A stretch of DNA of 61,132 nt, taken from assembly GCA_012798485.1 (NCBI GenBank), contig JAAZND010000102.1:1-61132 (forward strand), written 5' to 3'. Origin of the DNA: Candidatus Beckwithbacteria bacterium. Lineage in GTDB: Bacteria > Patescibacteriota > Microgenomatia > UBA1400 > UBA1449. Numbering within the stretch: the first letter of the stretch is position 1; each line of letters opens with the position of its first letter. The notes under the pieces were generated by a model. The model did not search any database. It worked only from the letters and a program-made list of their open reading frames with translations, and was not told the DNA's origin. The position numbers and the translations under genes were made by a program. Of this stretch, positions 16,867 through 26,676 are shown piece by piece.

Positions 16867-17953
16867 TTAAAACCTTTACTATTTTTTTAACTTCCGCTTG
16901 ATTAAGTACAGGACTTATAGGAATGCTAAGGACTTCATTATGAATTTGTTCAGTAATTGGATATTTAAATTTATTCCATTCCTTATAAGCTAATTGTTTA
17001 TGAGGAGGAATTGGATAATGAATAAGTGATCCAATTTGATTGTCTAAAAGATATTTTTGTAATTTATCTCTATTTTTTGACCTAACAACAAAAACATAAA
17101 AATTATGACCATGAAAATCTTTGACTAATGGCAGAATTATTTTTTGATTGTGAATATTTTCAAAATAATATTTTGCTATCTCTCTTCTTTTTTGATTATC
17201 TTTGTCTAAATATTTAAGTTTAACATTAAGTATTGCTGCTTGAATATCATCTAAGCGACTATTAATCCCTTTATAAATATTGATATATTTAACTGAGGAT
17301 CCATAATTAGCAAGAATTCTTATTGTTTTTGCTAATATCTGATCATTGGTAGTAATAGCTCCTCCATCTCCTAATGCTCCAAGATTTTTTCCTGGATAAA
17401 AACTAAAACCAGAAACATCTCCTAAATTCCCTGCTTTTTTATTTTTATATATAGATCCATGAGCCTGAGCAGAATCTTCAATAACTTTTAATTTATATTT
17501 TTTTGCTATTTTCCAAATTTTTTCCATTTCTACTACTTGACCATATAAATGAACTACTAAAATGGCTTTAGTTTTTCTTGTTATTTTTTTTTCAATCAAG
17601 GCTGGATTAATATTGTAATTATCAATATCTGGCTCAACTAAAATTGGCTTTAAGTTATTAGCAGAAATTGCCAAAATTGAAGCAATAAAAGTATTAGCAG
17701 GCACAATAATTTCGTCTTGAGCTTTTAATAGCCCCAATTCTCTATAACCTTTAAAAATTAAATTAAGTGCATCAAATCCATTCCCTACGCCAATGCAATA
17801 TTTCGTACCAATATATGAAGCAAAATTAATTTCAAATTCTTTAAGTTTATCACCTAAAATATAGTGACCAGAGTTTAGAAACTCTTGAAAAGTTCGCTCA
17901 ATTTCTGGGCGATATTTTTGATTAATTTGGTAAAGATCTAAAAAGGGAATCAT
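16856..17953 (-). CDS. DegT-family sugar aminotransferase, FdtB/QdtB-like (3-aminotransferase type)
   Basis: [12 protein letters not shown]-terminus, [25 protein letters not shown] with Lys. Confidence 0.8.
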   Translation of the reverse strand: MIPFLDLYQINQKYRPEIERTFQEFLNSGHYILGDKLKEFEINFASYIGTKYCIGVGNGFDALNLIFKGYRELGLLKAQDEIIVPANTFIASILAISANNLKPILVEPDIDNYNINPALIEKKITRKTKAILVVHLYGQVVEMEKIWKIAKKYKLKVIEDSAQAHGSIYKNKKAGNLGDVSGFSFYPGKNLGALGDGGAITTNDQILAKTIRILANYGSSVKYINIYKGINSRLDDIQAAILNVKLKYLDKDNQKRREIAKYYFENIHNQKIILPLVKDFHGHNFYVFVVRSKNRDKLQKYLLDNQIGSLIHYPIPPHKQLAYKEWNKFKYPITEQIHNEVLSIPISPVLNQAEVKKIVKVLNEF

Positions 17954-17956
17954 AAA

Positions 17957-18937
17957 TTATAATAAATCTTTTAGGTATTTTTTGTAATAGAGCTTTAAGA
18001 TTTTCTTATTTTTTACTATATATCTAATTATTGGATATTTTTCTAGACGACTATATTGGGTCCATATTTTTAGATCTTTATTTGGAAATTTGATGAAATT
18101 AGTTTTGGGATTAAAAATATCAGAGTAACGATAATTTTTGTGAATATAATATAAAATCCATGCCATTTCATTCTTATAGTTGTTCTTAAAATATTGAAAG
18201 TCTGTAGGCATTATTTCTGAATAATAGTTATTATATTTGTAATTTAACATTATATTAATTAAATAAATTACAATATTATTAAATTTCTCTTGTTCTTTTC
18301 TGTCAACTGATGACCAAACCCCTTTATGGTTATAGCGATAAACTGACAAGGGTTTATCATAATAATAACAATTTCCTTTTGATAATAAATAATGATACTG
18401 AAAAATATCTCCCGGAGGTAAATTTTTTATATTACGGAAAACTCTGGCTGAAGTATGAGTATAAATTTGATTTATCAAACTAAATTTATTATTAAGAACA
18501 TTATTTCTTTTGATCAATAATTCTTTTCTATTATCTGGATATAAGATATAAGAATTATGAGCGAACATAATACAATCTGAATTCTGGTCAAGCGAATCAA
18601 CTGCTTTTTGTAATTTATATGCATCAATCCAGTAATCATCTCCTTCACAAAGAGCTATATATTTACCTTTCGCACTTGGAAGTAAAAATGTTTTTAATAT
18701 CCCAGTTTTAATTTTACTAAGTTGATTTTCTTTTTGGATAACTAATTTAATTATATTGGGAAATTTTTTTTGATATTCTTTTAGTATTTCTGGGGTTTTA
18801 TCTGTAGAAGCATCATCGTGAATCAAAATTTCATAATCAAAATTTGTTTTTTGCATCAAAAAAGAATCTATTGTTTGAGATATATACTTTTCATGATTAT
18901 AAGCAAGACATAATATTGATATTTTAGGAAACTTCAT
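17957..18937 (-). CDS. GT2 glycosyltransferase
   Basis: ISILCLAYNHEKYISQTIDSFLMQ, ILIHDDASTDKT, CEGDDYW. Confidence 0.75.
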   Translation of the reverse strand: MKFPKISILCLAYNHEKYISQTIDSFLMQKTNFDYEILIHDDASTDKTPEILKEYQKKFPNIIKLVIQKENQLSKIKTGILKTFLLPSAKGKYIALCEGDDYWIDAYKLQKAVDSLDQNSDCIMFAHNSYILYPDNRKELLIKRNNVLNNKFSLINQIYTHTSARVFRNIKNLPPGDIFQYHYLLSKGNCYYYDKPLSVYRYNHKGVWSSVDRKEQEKFNNIVIYLINIMLNYKYNNYYSEIMPTDFQYFKNNYKNEMAWILYYIHKNYRYSDIFNPKTNFIKFPNKDLKIWTQYSRLEKYPIIRYIVKNKKILKLYYKKYLKDLL

Positions 18938-19943
18938 TTTTTAAAATTATTGGATTTATCTGTTTAATACCTATAGTTCCAGTATTATATAATAAAAATT
19001 TACTATTCACTTTTTTTTGGTTAAGCATATTAATTATTGCCTTAGGAAAATTAACTCCAGCCAAATGAGAAAATGGATATTGACCACCAAAACGGCAGTT
19101 TAAATCAATTACATAATACTTATTATTATTATAAATGATATCAACATCTAAGTTGGCAACATGTTTTAACTTGTTTGATAAGGTTTTAGCTATAATTGAT
19201 ATACTTTTGTTTTTAATGATTATGGCGCTATCTGTTTCTCCAGCTCTCATAGATAATTTTTTTTTGGAAACACTAGTTAGATAATTAGAATTTAAATCAT
19301 TAAAAATATCAACTCCATATTCTGAACCATTAATTTTTTCTTGAATAATAATACTTTTTTCAATATCTTGACTTGATTCATATTTGATGTGGTTTGAGGC
19401 AATTTCTTGTTTAATTTTATTAAATAAAATTATTAATTCATGATAATTATTTACCTGATAAGTAGACAATGACCCAGTTCCCCATCTTGGTTTGATAATT
19501 AATGGATAATTTATCAATCCTCTTTTAATTTTTTTTTGACTTTCCAATATTGATAATGAAGATTCTGGTGTATTAATTTTAATCGATTTTAAAAACTTAT
19601 ACGTATTCCATTTGTCATTACAGATGTTAATAACCTTGCTATCAGAAACAACGAGTTTAATATTGTGTTTGTCAAATTTTTCCTTATTTACTGACAATTT
19701 CCATAAATCAAAATCAAACAATGGAATTATTGCTTTGATCTTATTTTTTAAACAATAATCAATTAAAAATTGAATATATTGCCTATGATTAATTAATGGT
19801 GTTATAACAGCTTTATCTGCACATTGAAGAGCATCTGACCATAATGAATTAGAAGCATGCACTTCACCATTTCCATTTAGGGCTTCTTTAAAATAATTAA
19901 TTAAATAAGATCTTCTTCCCGCAGAAGTAATTAAGATATTCAT
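18924..19943 (-). CDS. ATP-grasp ligase
   Basis: ILITSAGRRSYL pre-ATP-grasp N-terminus, PLIIKPRWGTGS, IIQEKINGSEYGVD, DLNCRFGG. Confidence 0.65.
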   Translation of the reverse strand: MNILITSAGRRSYLINYFKEALNGNGEVHASNSLWSDALQCADKAVITPLINHRQYIQFLIDYCLKNKIKAIIPLFDFDLWKLSVNKEKFDKHNIKLVVSDSKVINICNDKWNTYKFLKSIKINTPESSLSILESQKKIKRGLINYPLIIKPRWGTGSLSTYQVNNYHELIILFNKIKQEIASNHIKYESSQDIEKSIIIQEKINGSEYGVDIFNDLNSNYLTSVSKKKLSMRAGETDSAIIIKNKSISIIAKTLSNKLKHVANLDVDIIYNNNKYYVIDLNCRFGGQYPFSHLAGVNFPKAIINMLNQKKVNSKFLLYNTGTIGIKQINPIILKNEVS

Positions 19944-20896
19944 ATCAATTTATTAAGATGAGAAAGCATATTTAAAAATCCTCCAGTATGCCAAAAAATC
20001 ACCTTAGATTTGGGTTTAATTTTACCCTGAATAACATAATCCCTTAACCCAGTAAAGGCTTTACCGGTGTATATTGGATCCAATAAAAGTCCTTCGGTTT
20101 TAGCCGCCCACTTAATATTTTGAATTATGTTAGAACTACTAATTTTATAGCCTATTGAATATGAATCATCAAAAAATATTCTTTGCTTTTTGTCAGTAAT
20201 TTCGTTAGATAAATATAACTGATTAAGTAATTTTTTAATTGCCGGAATAGCAATCTCTTTCTTTCGTGCGATGGAAATGCCAATAACTTTAGTGTTAGGC
20301 AAATATTGACTACAACCAACAATTATGCCTACTTGCGTAGTTCCCATTCCACTAGCTAAAAAAATATAATCCGGATAATCTTTTTTATCGATTTGCTTTT
20401 TTAGTTCATTTACAGCCTCATAGTAAGCATAGGCTCCTTCAACTGAATAAGCTCCTCCCCATAAGTAAAATGGGTTATATTTTTGTTTTTTCAATTTAAT
20501 TATAGCTTCATCCATCTTTATCGATACCTCCGATTTATTAATAAAGATAGTTTTTGCTCCAGTTAAACAACATAATTTGTAGTTTAAATATGTATCTCTT
20601 TTTTTAGATTTAGATGAATGAATTAATAGTAATGACGGTAGGCCTAACTGCTTGGAAATAATAGCTAATGATCTTAAGTGGTTCGATTCAATATCTCCAA
20701 TGCTAACAATATAATTATAACCGTTATCTTGAACAGTTTTTAAAATATAATAGAGCATTCTTGCTTTATTACCTCCACCAGGAATCTCAAATAAATCATC
20801 ATGTTTTACCCATAGCCTTATACCTAATTCTTTTGATATTTTTGGATAATAATTAATTGGAGTTGGATTAAAATTAAAATGATCAAACTTTATCAT
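19940..20896 (-). CDS. Fold-type II PLP enzyme, ACC deaminase/D-cysteine desulfhydrase family
   Basis: GGNKARMLYYIL (family GGNK motif with the Lys) and the glycine loop ASGMGTTQVG. 318 aa. Confidence 0.7.
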   Translation of the reverse strand: MIKFDHFNFNPTPINYYPKISKELGIRLWVKHDDLFEIPGGGNKARMLYYILKTVQDNGYNYIVSIGDIESNHLRSLAIISKQLGLPSLLLIHSSKSKKRDTYLNYKLCCLTGAKTIFINKSEVSIKMDEAIIKLKKQKYNPFYLWGGAYSVEGAYAYYEAVNELKKQIDKKDYPDYIFLASGMGTTQVGIIVGCSQYLPNTKVIGISIARKKEIAIPAIKKLLNQLYLSNEITDKKQRIFFDDSYSIGYKISSSNIIQNIKWAAKTEGLLLDPIYTGKAFTGLRDYVIQGKIKPKSKVIFWHTGGFLNMLSHLNKLI

Positions 20897-21399
20897 ATTT
20901 TTTTTTCTAGATAAAAAGTAAATCTACCATCTGGTCTATCCTGAATTTTATTAATTATTTTAAAACCTAATGATTTGTACATTTTCAAAGGAATACTATT
21001 ATCCCAAGTTTTTATACCTAAGATTTTAAAGTTAAGTTTTTTTAAATAGTTTAGACAATAACAAAATAGGGTTTTCATTATTCCATTTTCTCTATAATCT
21101 TTTCTAACTCCTAGCACAGGAATATAAGAATATTTTGTTTTATGATTATTACAATAAAAACAAAGTAGAGCAATAATCTGATTATTTTTTTGGTCAAAAG
21201 CCAAAATAATTTCAGATTTAGTATATAATTTATTCGCCCAAAATTTTAAATTTACTCTTAGACTTAATGGCGGAAAAAAATCCTGATCTAATTCAACTAA
21301 CAAATTGTAAATATCTTTTTCTAAAAATTTAGTATTTTTTATAGAATTGATTAATATGTTAGGAAAAATAGATTCTTTTATTTTTTTTGACTTTTCCAT
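20893..21399 (-). CDS. GNAT N-acetyltransferase
   Basis: 168 aa. GNAT motif A region LGVRKDYRENGIMKTL and C-terminal MYKSLGFKI. Confidence 0.6.
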   Translation of the reverse strand: MEKSKKIKESIFPNILINSIKNTKFLEKDIYNLLVELDQDFFPPLSLRVNLKFWANKLYTKSEIILAFDQKNNQIIALLCFYCNNHKTKYSYIPVLGVRKDYRENGIMKTLFCYCLNYLKKLNFKILGIKTWDNSIPLKMYKSLGFKIINKIQDRPDGRFTFYLEKKI

Positions 21400-22268
21400 A
21401 TAATGTGTTTATATATCGGCTTATTATCAAAATAATCAAAAATTTTTCTTAATTTATTTTCTTTACTTTTTATTTCATCTTCAGATAACTCACCTCTAAC
21501 CATTTTAATTCTGAGAATTGATGGCAATAATGATAATCCATGCTTATCTATTATATTAAACCCGGATTTTTGTAATAATTGGCTAATTTCATCTTGACTG
21601 AATAGCTTAAACTTAAAATTTGTTTTTCCTTTTTCTTCTTTAAATTTTCTTTTCTCAAAATTTTCTATTAGATCATCAATTTCTTCAAAATAAATCGACT
21701 TGAAAATTGCACCACTTAAATCTGGCTCAGAATTAATTAATATTCCTTTTGTTTTTAACAATCTTTTAGATTCAGATATTGCCAACTCACATTTATCATT
21801 AAGATAATAAAAAACACCTATGGCTAAGGCTAAATCAACTGATTCAGTCTTTATGGGAATATCTTCAGCGCTACAATTAATTATTAATACTTTGTCTTGG
21901 AAATTATTTTTAATAATATAATTTCTTAAAGAAAGTAAAGGTTTTATATGAGAATCTGTAGCAATAATTTTTTGAAAACCTTTTTTTAATAAATATTCTG
22001 TAAATCTACCATCACCACAACCGATATCAACAGCAACTGTTTCTTTAGTAATTCTAAAATTTGAAAGAAATTTTTCTAAAGCATTATGATAATACGGTCT
22101 CTCCCAATAAGCTAAATGAAGAGGAAATTCTTGCAATTCTCTTAAAGCTGCTCCTTTGGGCATTTTGTTATGAAACTCAATAGCTAGGCTTTTTTTATAT
22201 TTACATAAATAAATTCCATCGTGCTCTTTTAACTGATTGTTAAAAATATTTTTTTTCCAATTAATCAT
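21378..22268 (-). CDS. Class I SAM-dependent methyltransferase
   Basis: Motif I VDIGCGDGRFTEYLLKKGF, and later LLKTKGILI. Confidence 0.7.
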   Translation of the reverse strand: MINWKKNIFNNQLKEHDGIYLCKYKKSLAIEFHNKMPKGAALRELQEFPLHLAYWERPYYHNALEKFLSNFRITKETVAVDIGCGDGRFTEYLLKKGFQKIIATDSHIKPLLSLRNYIIKNNFQDKVLIINCSAEDIPIKTESVDLALAIGVFYYLNDKCELAISESKRLLKTKGILINSEPDLSGAIFKSIYFEEIDDLIENFEKRKFKEEKGKTNFKFKLFSQDEISQLLQKSGFNIIDKHGLSLLPSILRIKMVRGELSEDEIKSKENKLRKIFDYFDNKPIYKHIIWKSQKK

Positions 22269-22279
22269 AATATAAGATG

Positions 22280-23365
22280 TTAAAAACTTTGTTTAATAAT
22301 TGAATATATATTATTTATCTCTTTCTTTTTTAACCTATAGTATAAAGGCAGACATAAAATTCTACTAGCAATATTTTCACTGATTGGCATTTTCTGATCT
22401 TTTATATAAGGAAGGTTAGATAAAGAAGGATAAAAATAACGACGAGGATAAATATCAGATTGATTAAGCTTTGATAGAGTTTTTAATAATTGAATTTCTG
22501 AAGGAAAAATTACTGGATAATATGAATAATTTAATTCTGCGCCTGGTAATAATTTGGGTTTAATTAAGTTTTGATCATTTTTAAATAATAATTGATTATA
22601 GTGATTACAAATTTTTCTCCGATTCTCTATGTTTTTTTTAATATATTTTAAATTAGCTAAGCCCATAGCAGCATGGAGTTCAGAATTTTTCCCATTAATA
22701 CCTAATCCAAAATAATCATATAAGCCATTATGACCAAAATTTCTTAAAAAAGAAATTTTATCAGCAATTTTTTTATCATTTGTAATAATTGCTCCACCTT
22801 CAACTGTATGAAAAATCTTCGTTGTGTGAAAACTCAAAATCGAAATATCTCCATAAGAAGTTAGTGCTTTACCTTTATATTTTGCTCCAAAAGTATGAGC
22901 TCCATCATAGATAATTTTTAAATTATATTTTTTGGCAATCTTTTTAATTTTTTCTATATTACAAGGAAAGCCAAAAACATGAGTAGGTAAAATAACTTTA
23001 GTCTTTCTAGTAATTGCCTTCTCGATAAATTCAGGATTGAGAGTAAGAGTATCTGGATCAATATCAACAAAAACTGGTTTATAACCTTCCCAGATAATAG
23101 ATGAGGTTGTTGCGACATATGAAAATGGCGTAGTTATGATTTCACTGTTTTTTGGCAAACCTAACGATTTAATTGCAATCTGCAAAGCAATAGTACCATT
23201 AGTAACAAAAAATATATATTTAACTCCAAGATATTTTTTTAGTTTTTTTTCTAAGCGTTTAACAAATTGACCGTTATTAGTCAACCATCCGGATTGCCAA
23301 ATTTTTTCTAAGTATTTTTGATATTCTGATAATGGAGGTAAAAAAGTTTTGGTTACTGGAATCAT
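22280..23365 (-). CDS. DegT/DnrJ/EryC1 sugar aminotransferase
   Basis: WLTNNGQFVKRLE, NGTIALQIA, LSFHTTKIFHTVEGG with Lys. ATG at 23365; the track start 23380 is TTG. Confidence 0.8.
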   Translation of the reverse strand: MIPVTKTFLPPLSEYQKYLEKIWQSGWLTNNGQFVKRLEKKLKKYLGVKYIFFVTNGTIALQIAIKSLGLPKNSEIITTPFSYVATTSSIIWEGYKPVFVDIDPDTLTLNPEFIEKAITRKTKVILPTHVFGFPCNIEKIKKIAKKYNLKIIYDGAHTFGAKYKGKALTSYGDISILSFHTTKIFHTVEGGAIITNDKKIADKISFLRNFGHNGLYDYFGLGINGKNSELHAAMGLANLKYIKKNIENRRKICNHYNQLLFKNDQNLIKPKLLPGAELNYSYYPVIFPSEIQLLKTLSKLNQSDIYPRRYFYPSLSNLPYIKDQKMPISENIASRILCLPLYYRLKKKEINNIYSIIKQSF

Positions 23366-23449
23366 ATTAAACTGCTGCAAATAACACAGTTTCTTTTAGA
23401 TGAATTGTTGCATGTTTTAAGTAATATTTATAATATTTATAAAGATCTT

Positions 23450-25057
23450 TTAATTGAAAAGGCTAATAAATATATAGAAAACTTGTTTGACAATTATAAA
23501 TAATGAATACAAAATTAAATTAATTTTACTTATAAATTTTACTTTAATCTTATTCTTGTTTTTAAATATTTTTTTCACAAAACTAATAAAATTAAATTGT
23601 TTATATATTTTGTGTTTTAATAGCTTATTACTCTTTTTAGCCAAAATCAATATTTTGCTAATTTGTCCACCATTAATAATTGTTTTGATATTAAAAATAA
23701 TCGTATCTCTATCAATAAAAAATTTGTTAATAACCGGAATTTGATTAATTATTAAAAGAATTAGATAAATGATCAGCTTTACTCTGGATTTAAATTGTAA
23801 ATTAGTATTTTTATCTTTTAAAACCATAATTTTAAAATCTTCGAAAGGTTCAATGACTGGATAATAATCAATTCTTTTAATAGAGCCCAAAGCTTTATTA
23901 AAAAATTTAATATTAGTAATTTGTTCTAAATCTTTTAATCTAAAAGAAAATCTAAATTTTTTATTAATAATTTCCTGACAAGAAAGAACAATTTCTCTTC
24001 TCAAATTATCTTCTTTTAATAATTTTCTGCAAACTTCATAAGCTTCATACTTGTTTTTATATGTTGGAATTTTAATTTTAGGAAATAACTGCTTCATGTC
24101 TTGTTTAAATTCGGTTACTAAACAAGCATTGCTTGCCATAATATCGCAAACTCTCCATGAAAAACCAGTTTTTGCCTGAATATGATTAATATTGATTCCT
24201 ATTTTTGAAGAATTATAAAGATTTTGATTATGTTTAAGAGAATAGACTAATTTATTTTTATAGCTTAAAATTATCTCTAACTCATTTGGTAAATCTTCAA
24301 TCCAATTTTTAGTGCCATAAATAGCTAAACCAAGACTACTAATAATAGATAAAGTTTGGATTCTATTTTTAGAAGAAAGATTCTCTATTAATTCTTTCAT
24401 TATTAAATGATTTTTTATTTTATTTGACTTTACCTTAAATTTATCAATTATTTCATTTTCATTTATAAAAGGATTTTCTTCTACATATTTTAAAATTTGT
24501 TTAAATTTATTAATTTCATTTTCGTCTGGATCGGTTGCCATAAAATTACTTATAATATTATTTGAGTTAAATTTTGTTCCAATAAAAACAATATTATTTT
24601 TGATTTGAATATCCTCTGCTACAACTGAAGTAGAAAAAGGTAAATAATGAATAAGAGATTTTTTAGGATTAAACATCTCTTCTGTAACCTTAAGAGACGA
24701 TGTTTGAGCTAGTATATAAATATACCTATTAGGATTTTCTTGAATATTTTTTATATTAGAAAAATAAAGAGGACTATCTACTTCCCAAATAATGATTGGG
24801 CAAAAAAATTCTTTTGATAAATCAAAACAACAATTATTAAATATAATAATTAAATCAGGATTAAAAAGCCTTAATTTATTTATAAAAACTTTTGGTGCTT
24901 TAGGAAAATCTTGAGCCCAGCTTCTATTATCATAATAGAGGATCTCATTCCCTGCTTTCTTAAGTTCAAAAAATAGGCTCTCGTAAAAACATGGAATAGC
25001 ATTAGAGTTTTCAAAATCAGAAATACCATTAAAAAATGAAATAAATATTTTTGCCAT
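23450..25057 (-). CDS. CgeB-like (GT-B related) glycosyltransferase with a hydrophobic C-terminal tail
   Basis: 535 aa. The central and C-terminal region (GININHIQAKTGFSWRVCDIMASNACLVTEF) resembles the CgeB/Glyco_trans_1_2 type. The last roughly 130 aa hold two hydrophobic segments. Confidence 0.4.
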   Translation of the reverse strand: MAKIFISFFNGISDFENSNAIPCFYESLFFELKKAGNEILYYDNRSWAQDFPKAPKVFINKLRLFNPDLIIIFNNCCFDLSKEFFCPIIIWEVDSPLYFSNIKNIQENPNRYIYILAQTSSLKVTEEMFNPKKSLIHYLPFSTSVVAEDIQIKNNIVFIGTKFNSNNIISNFMATDPDENEINKFKQILKYVEENPFINENEIIDKFKVKSNKIKNHLIMKELIENLSSKNRIQTLSIISSLGLAIYGTKNWIEDLPNELEIILSYKNKLVYSLKHNQNLYNSSKIGININHIQAKTGFSWRVCDIMASNACLVTEFKQDMKQLFPKIKIPTYKNKYEAYEVCRKLLKEDNLRREIVLSCQEIINKKFRFSFRLKDLEQITNIKFFNKALGSIKRIDYYPVIEPFEDFKIMVLKDKNTNLQFKSRVKLIIYLILLIINQIPVINKFFIDRDTIIFNIKTIINGGQISKILILAKKSNKLLKHKIYKQFNFISFVKKIFKNKNKIKVKFISKINLILYSLFIIVKQVFYIFISLFN

Positions 25058-25063
25058 TTTATA

Positions 25064-25462
25064 TTACTTCTTAATTGTTTTGATGAACTTTTTATAATCT
25101 CTAATATATTCTTCTTCATTATATTGTTTATTAGCCAAAACTATGAGGATGCAGTCTTTAGAAAAATTATATATTTCTCTCCATATATTTTTACCAATAT
25201 AAAGACCTACGTCAGGAGAATTTAACTCAATTACTTCTTTTTTTAATCCATCATCTAATAAAAATTTACAACTTCCATTGACACAAACTACAACTTGTTT
25301 TAGGCTAGTATGAGCATGCTTACCACGCACAACATTAGTTTTTGTACCATAAATATAATAAACACGATTAATTTTAAAAGGAATATTTTTACTCTGTTCA
25401 AGAGAAATCAATGAACCACGATCATCGCCCATAATATTAAATTTTAAGAGCTTATATTTCAT
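25064..25462 (-). CDS. fdtA: NDP-4-keto-6-deoxyhexose 3,4-ketoisomerase (FdtA/WxcM C-domain cupin)
   Basis: 132 aa with near full-length resemblance to FdtA: DDRGSLISLE, IPFKINRVYYIY, RGKHAHTSLKQVVVCVNGSC, SPDVGLYIG. Confidence 0.85.
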   Translation of the reverse strand: MKYKLLKFNIMGDDRGSLISLEQSKNIPFKINRVYYIYGTKTNVVRGKHAHTSLKQVVVCVNGSCKFLLDDGLKKEVIELNSPDVGLYIGKNIWREIYNFSKDCILIVLANKQYNEEEYIRDYKKFIKTIKK

Positions 25463-26583
25463 ATTATTTTTTGTAACCTTGTAATTGTTTTATCCCAATT
25501 CATCGCTTGTACAGTTTTATAAGAATTGGTTTGTAAATAATTATATAATTTTTGATTACTTATTAATTTATTTAGTAATTGTTTAGTTTTTTTTACATTT
25601 GAAAATTCAGTCAATAAAGCATTATATCCATCTTTTATATATTCTTCACATCCAGTCACCTGAGCAACAATTGGAACTCCACCGCAAGCCATCATTTCTA
25701 ATGGAGGACCGAAGAAGCCTTCAACTCTAGATAATTTTAACATAATATCACATGAAGAATAGATATGTCGCATTTCTTGCATAGGTACTTTTTCAAAAAA
25801 ACGGTCACAATGCCATTCTGGTTTTGGTCTTCCATCATAAGATACACACCAAACCTCACAATCACAATCTTGAACGATTTTAAAAGCTTGCTCCATTCCT
25901 TTAAAAGGAAGATTAATTGCTCCTTCCAATAAAATTCTTTTTTTGTTTTTAGGTTTTGGTGTTAATAAAGTATCAGGATAAAATATATTAGTATTAATGC
26001 CGTTTGGAATATAATAAGAATCTTGATTGAAATTATTTTTTAAAAACTTCTGGAGCCATTTAGCAATAGTTATAAACTTAAATGGAAAAGTATAAGTTCG
26101 TTTAACTCTAGTCTTTAGATAACTACCTATGGGATAAAATCTAGTTTCATCTGACTGAACTAAATACATCTTTCTTCTAACTTTAATTAACAAAAGTTCA
26201 TACGCAGTAATCCAACCAGTTGCTACAACAGTTTCATATCTTTCTATGAGTTTCTGATTCCCTTTTAAAGGAACAACTTTTACCGACTGATTAGGAAACC
26301 AAGATAAATCAGTTTTATTATCACAACTAACAATTAAAGTTTTATAACCAAGTTTTTTTAAACGATTTAAATGTTCACATACTACAGCTACTCCTCCTGT
26401 AATTTTTGTTGCAGGGATAATATAGCAAATAGATTTATCTAAAATATTTTTTGTCAAATCATTGGAATTAATGATTTTTGACTTTAAATATCTAAAAATA
26501 AATATAATATCGTCATAAATATATTGTAGATTACGAATTTGAGTACGGATAATTTCCGGAACTAATTGACGATAAATTCTCAT
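25459..26583 (-). CDS. Glycosyltransferase, GT-B fold (GT4-like)
   Basis: 374 aa. SRVEGFFGPPLEMMACGGVPIV (E-x7-E variant). ATGA overlap with fdtA. Confidence 0.6.
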   Translation of the reverse strand: MRIYRQLVPEIIRTQIRNLQYIYDDIIFIFRYLKSKIINSNDLTKNILDKSICYIIPATKITGGVAVVCEHLNRLKKLGYKTLIVSCDNKTDLSWFPNQSVKVVPLKGNQKLIERYETVVATGWITAYELLLIKVRRKMYLVQSDETRFYPIGSYLKTRVKRTYTFPFKFITIAKWLQKFLKNNFNQDSYYIPNGINTNIFYPDTLLTPKPKNKKRILLEGAINLPFKGMEQAFKIVQDCDCEVWCVSYDGRPKPEWHCDRFFEKVPMQEMRHIYSSCDIMLKLSRVEGFFGPPLEMMACGGVPIVAQVTGCEEYIKDGYNALLTEFSNVKKTKQLLNKLISNQKLYNYLQTNSYKTVQAMNWDKTITRLQKII

Positions 26584-26676
26584 TTTTTTCTAACTAAAAT
26601 AAATATTTTCTCAAGATATTTTAATATTAGCTGATTTTTCTTTAATAAGATATACTAAAATTATTTATAAATATTT

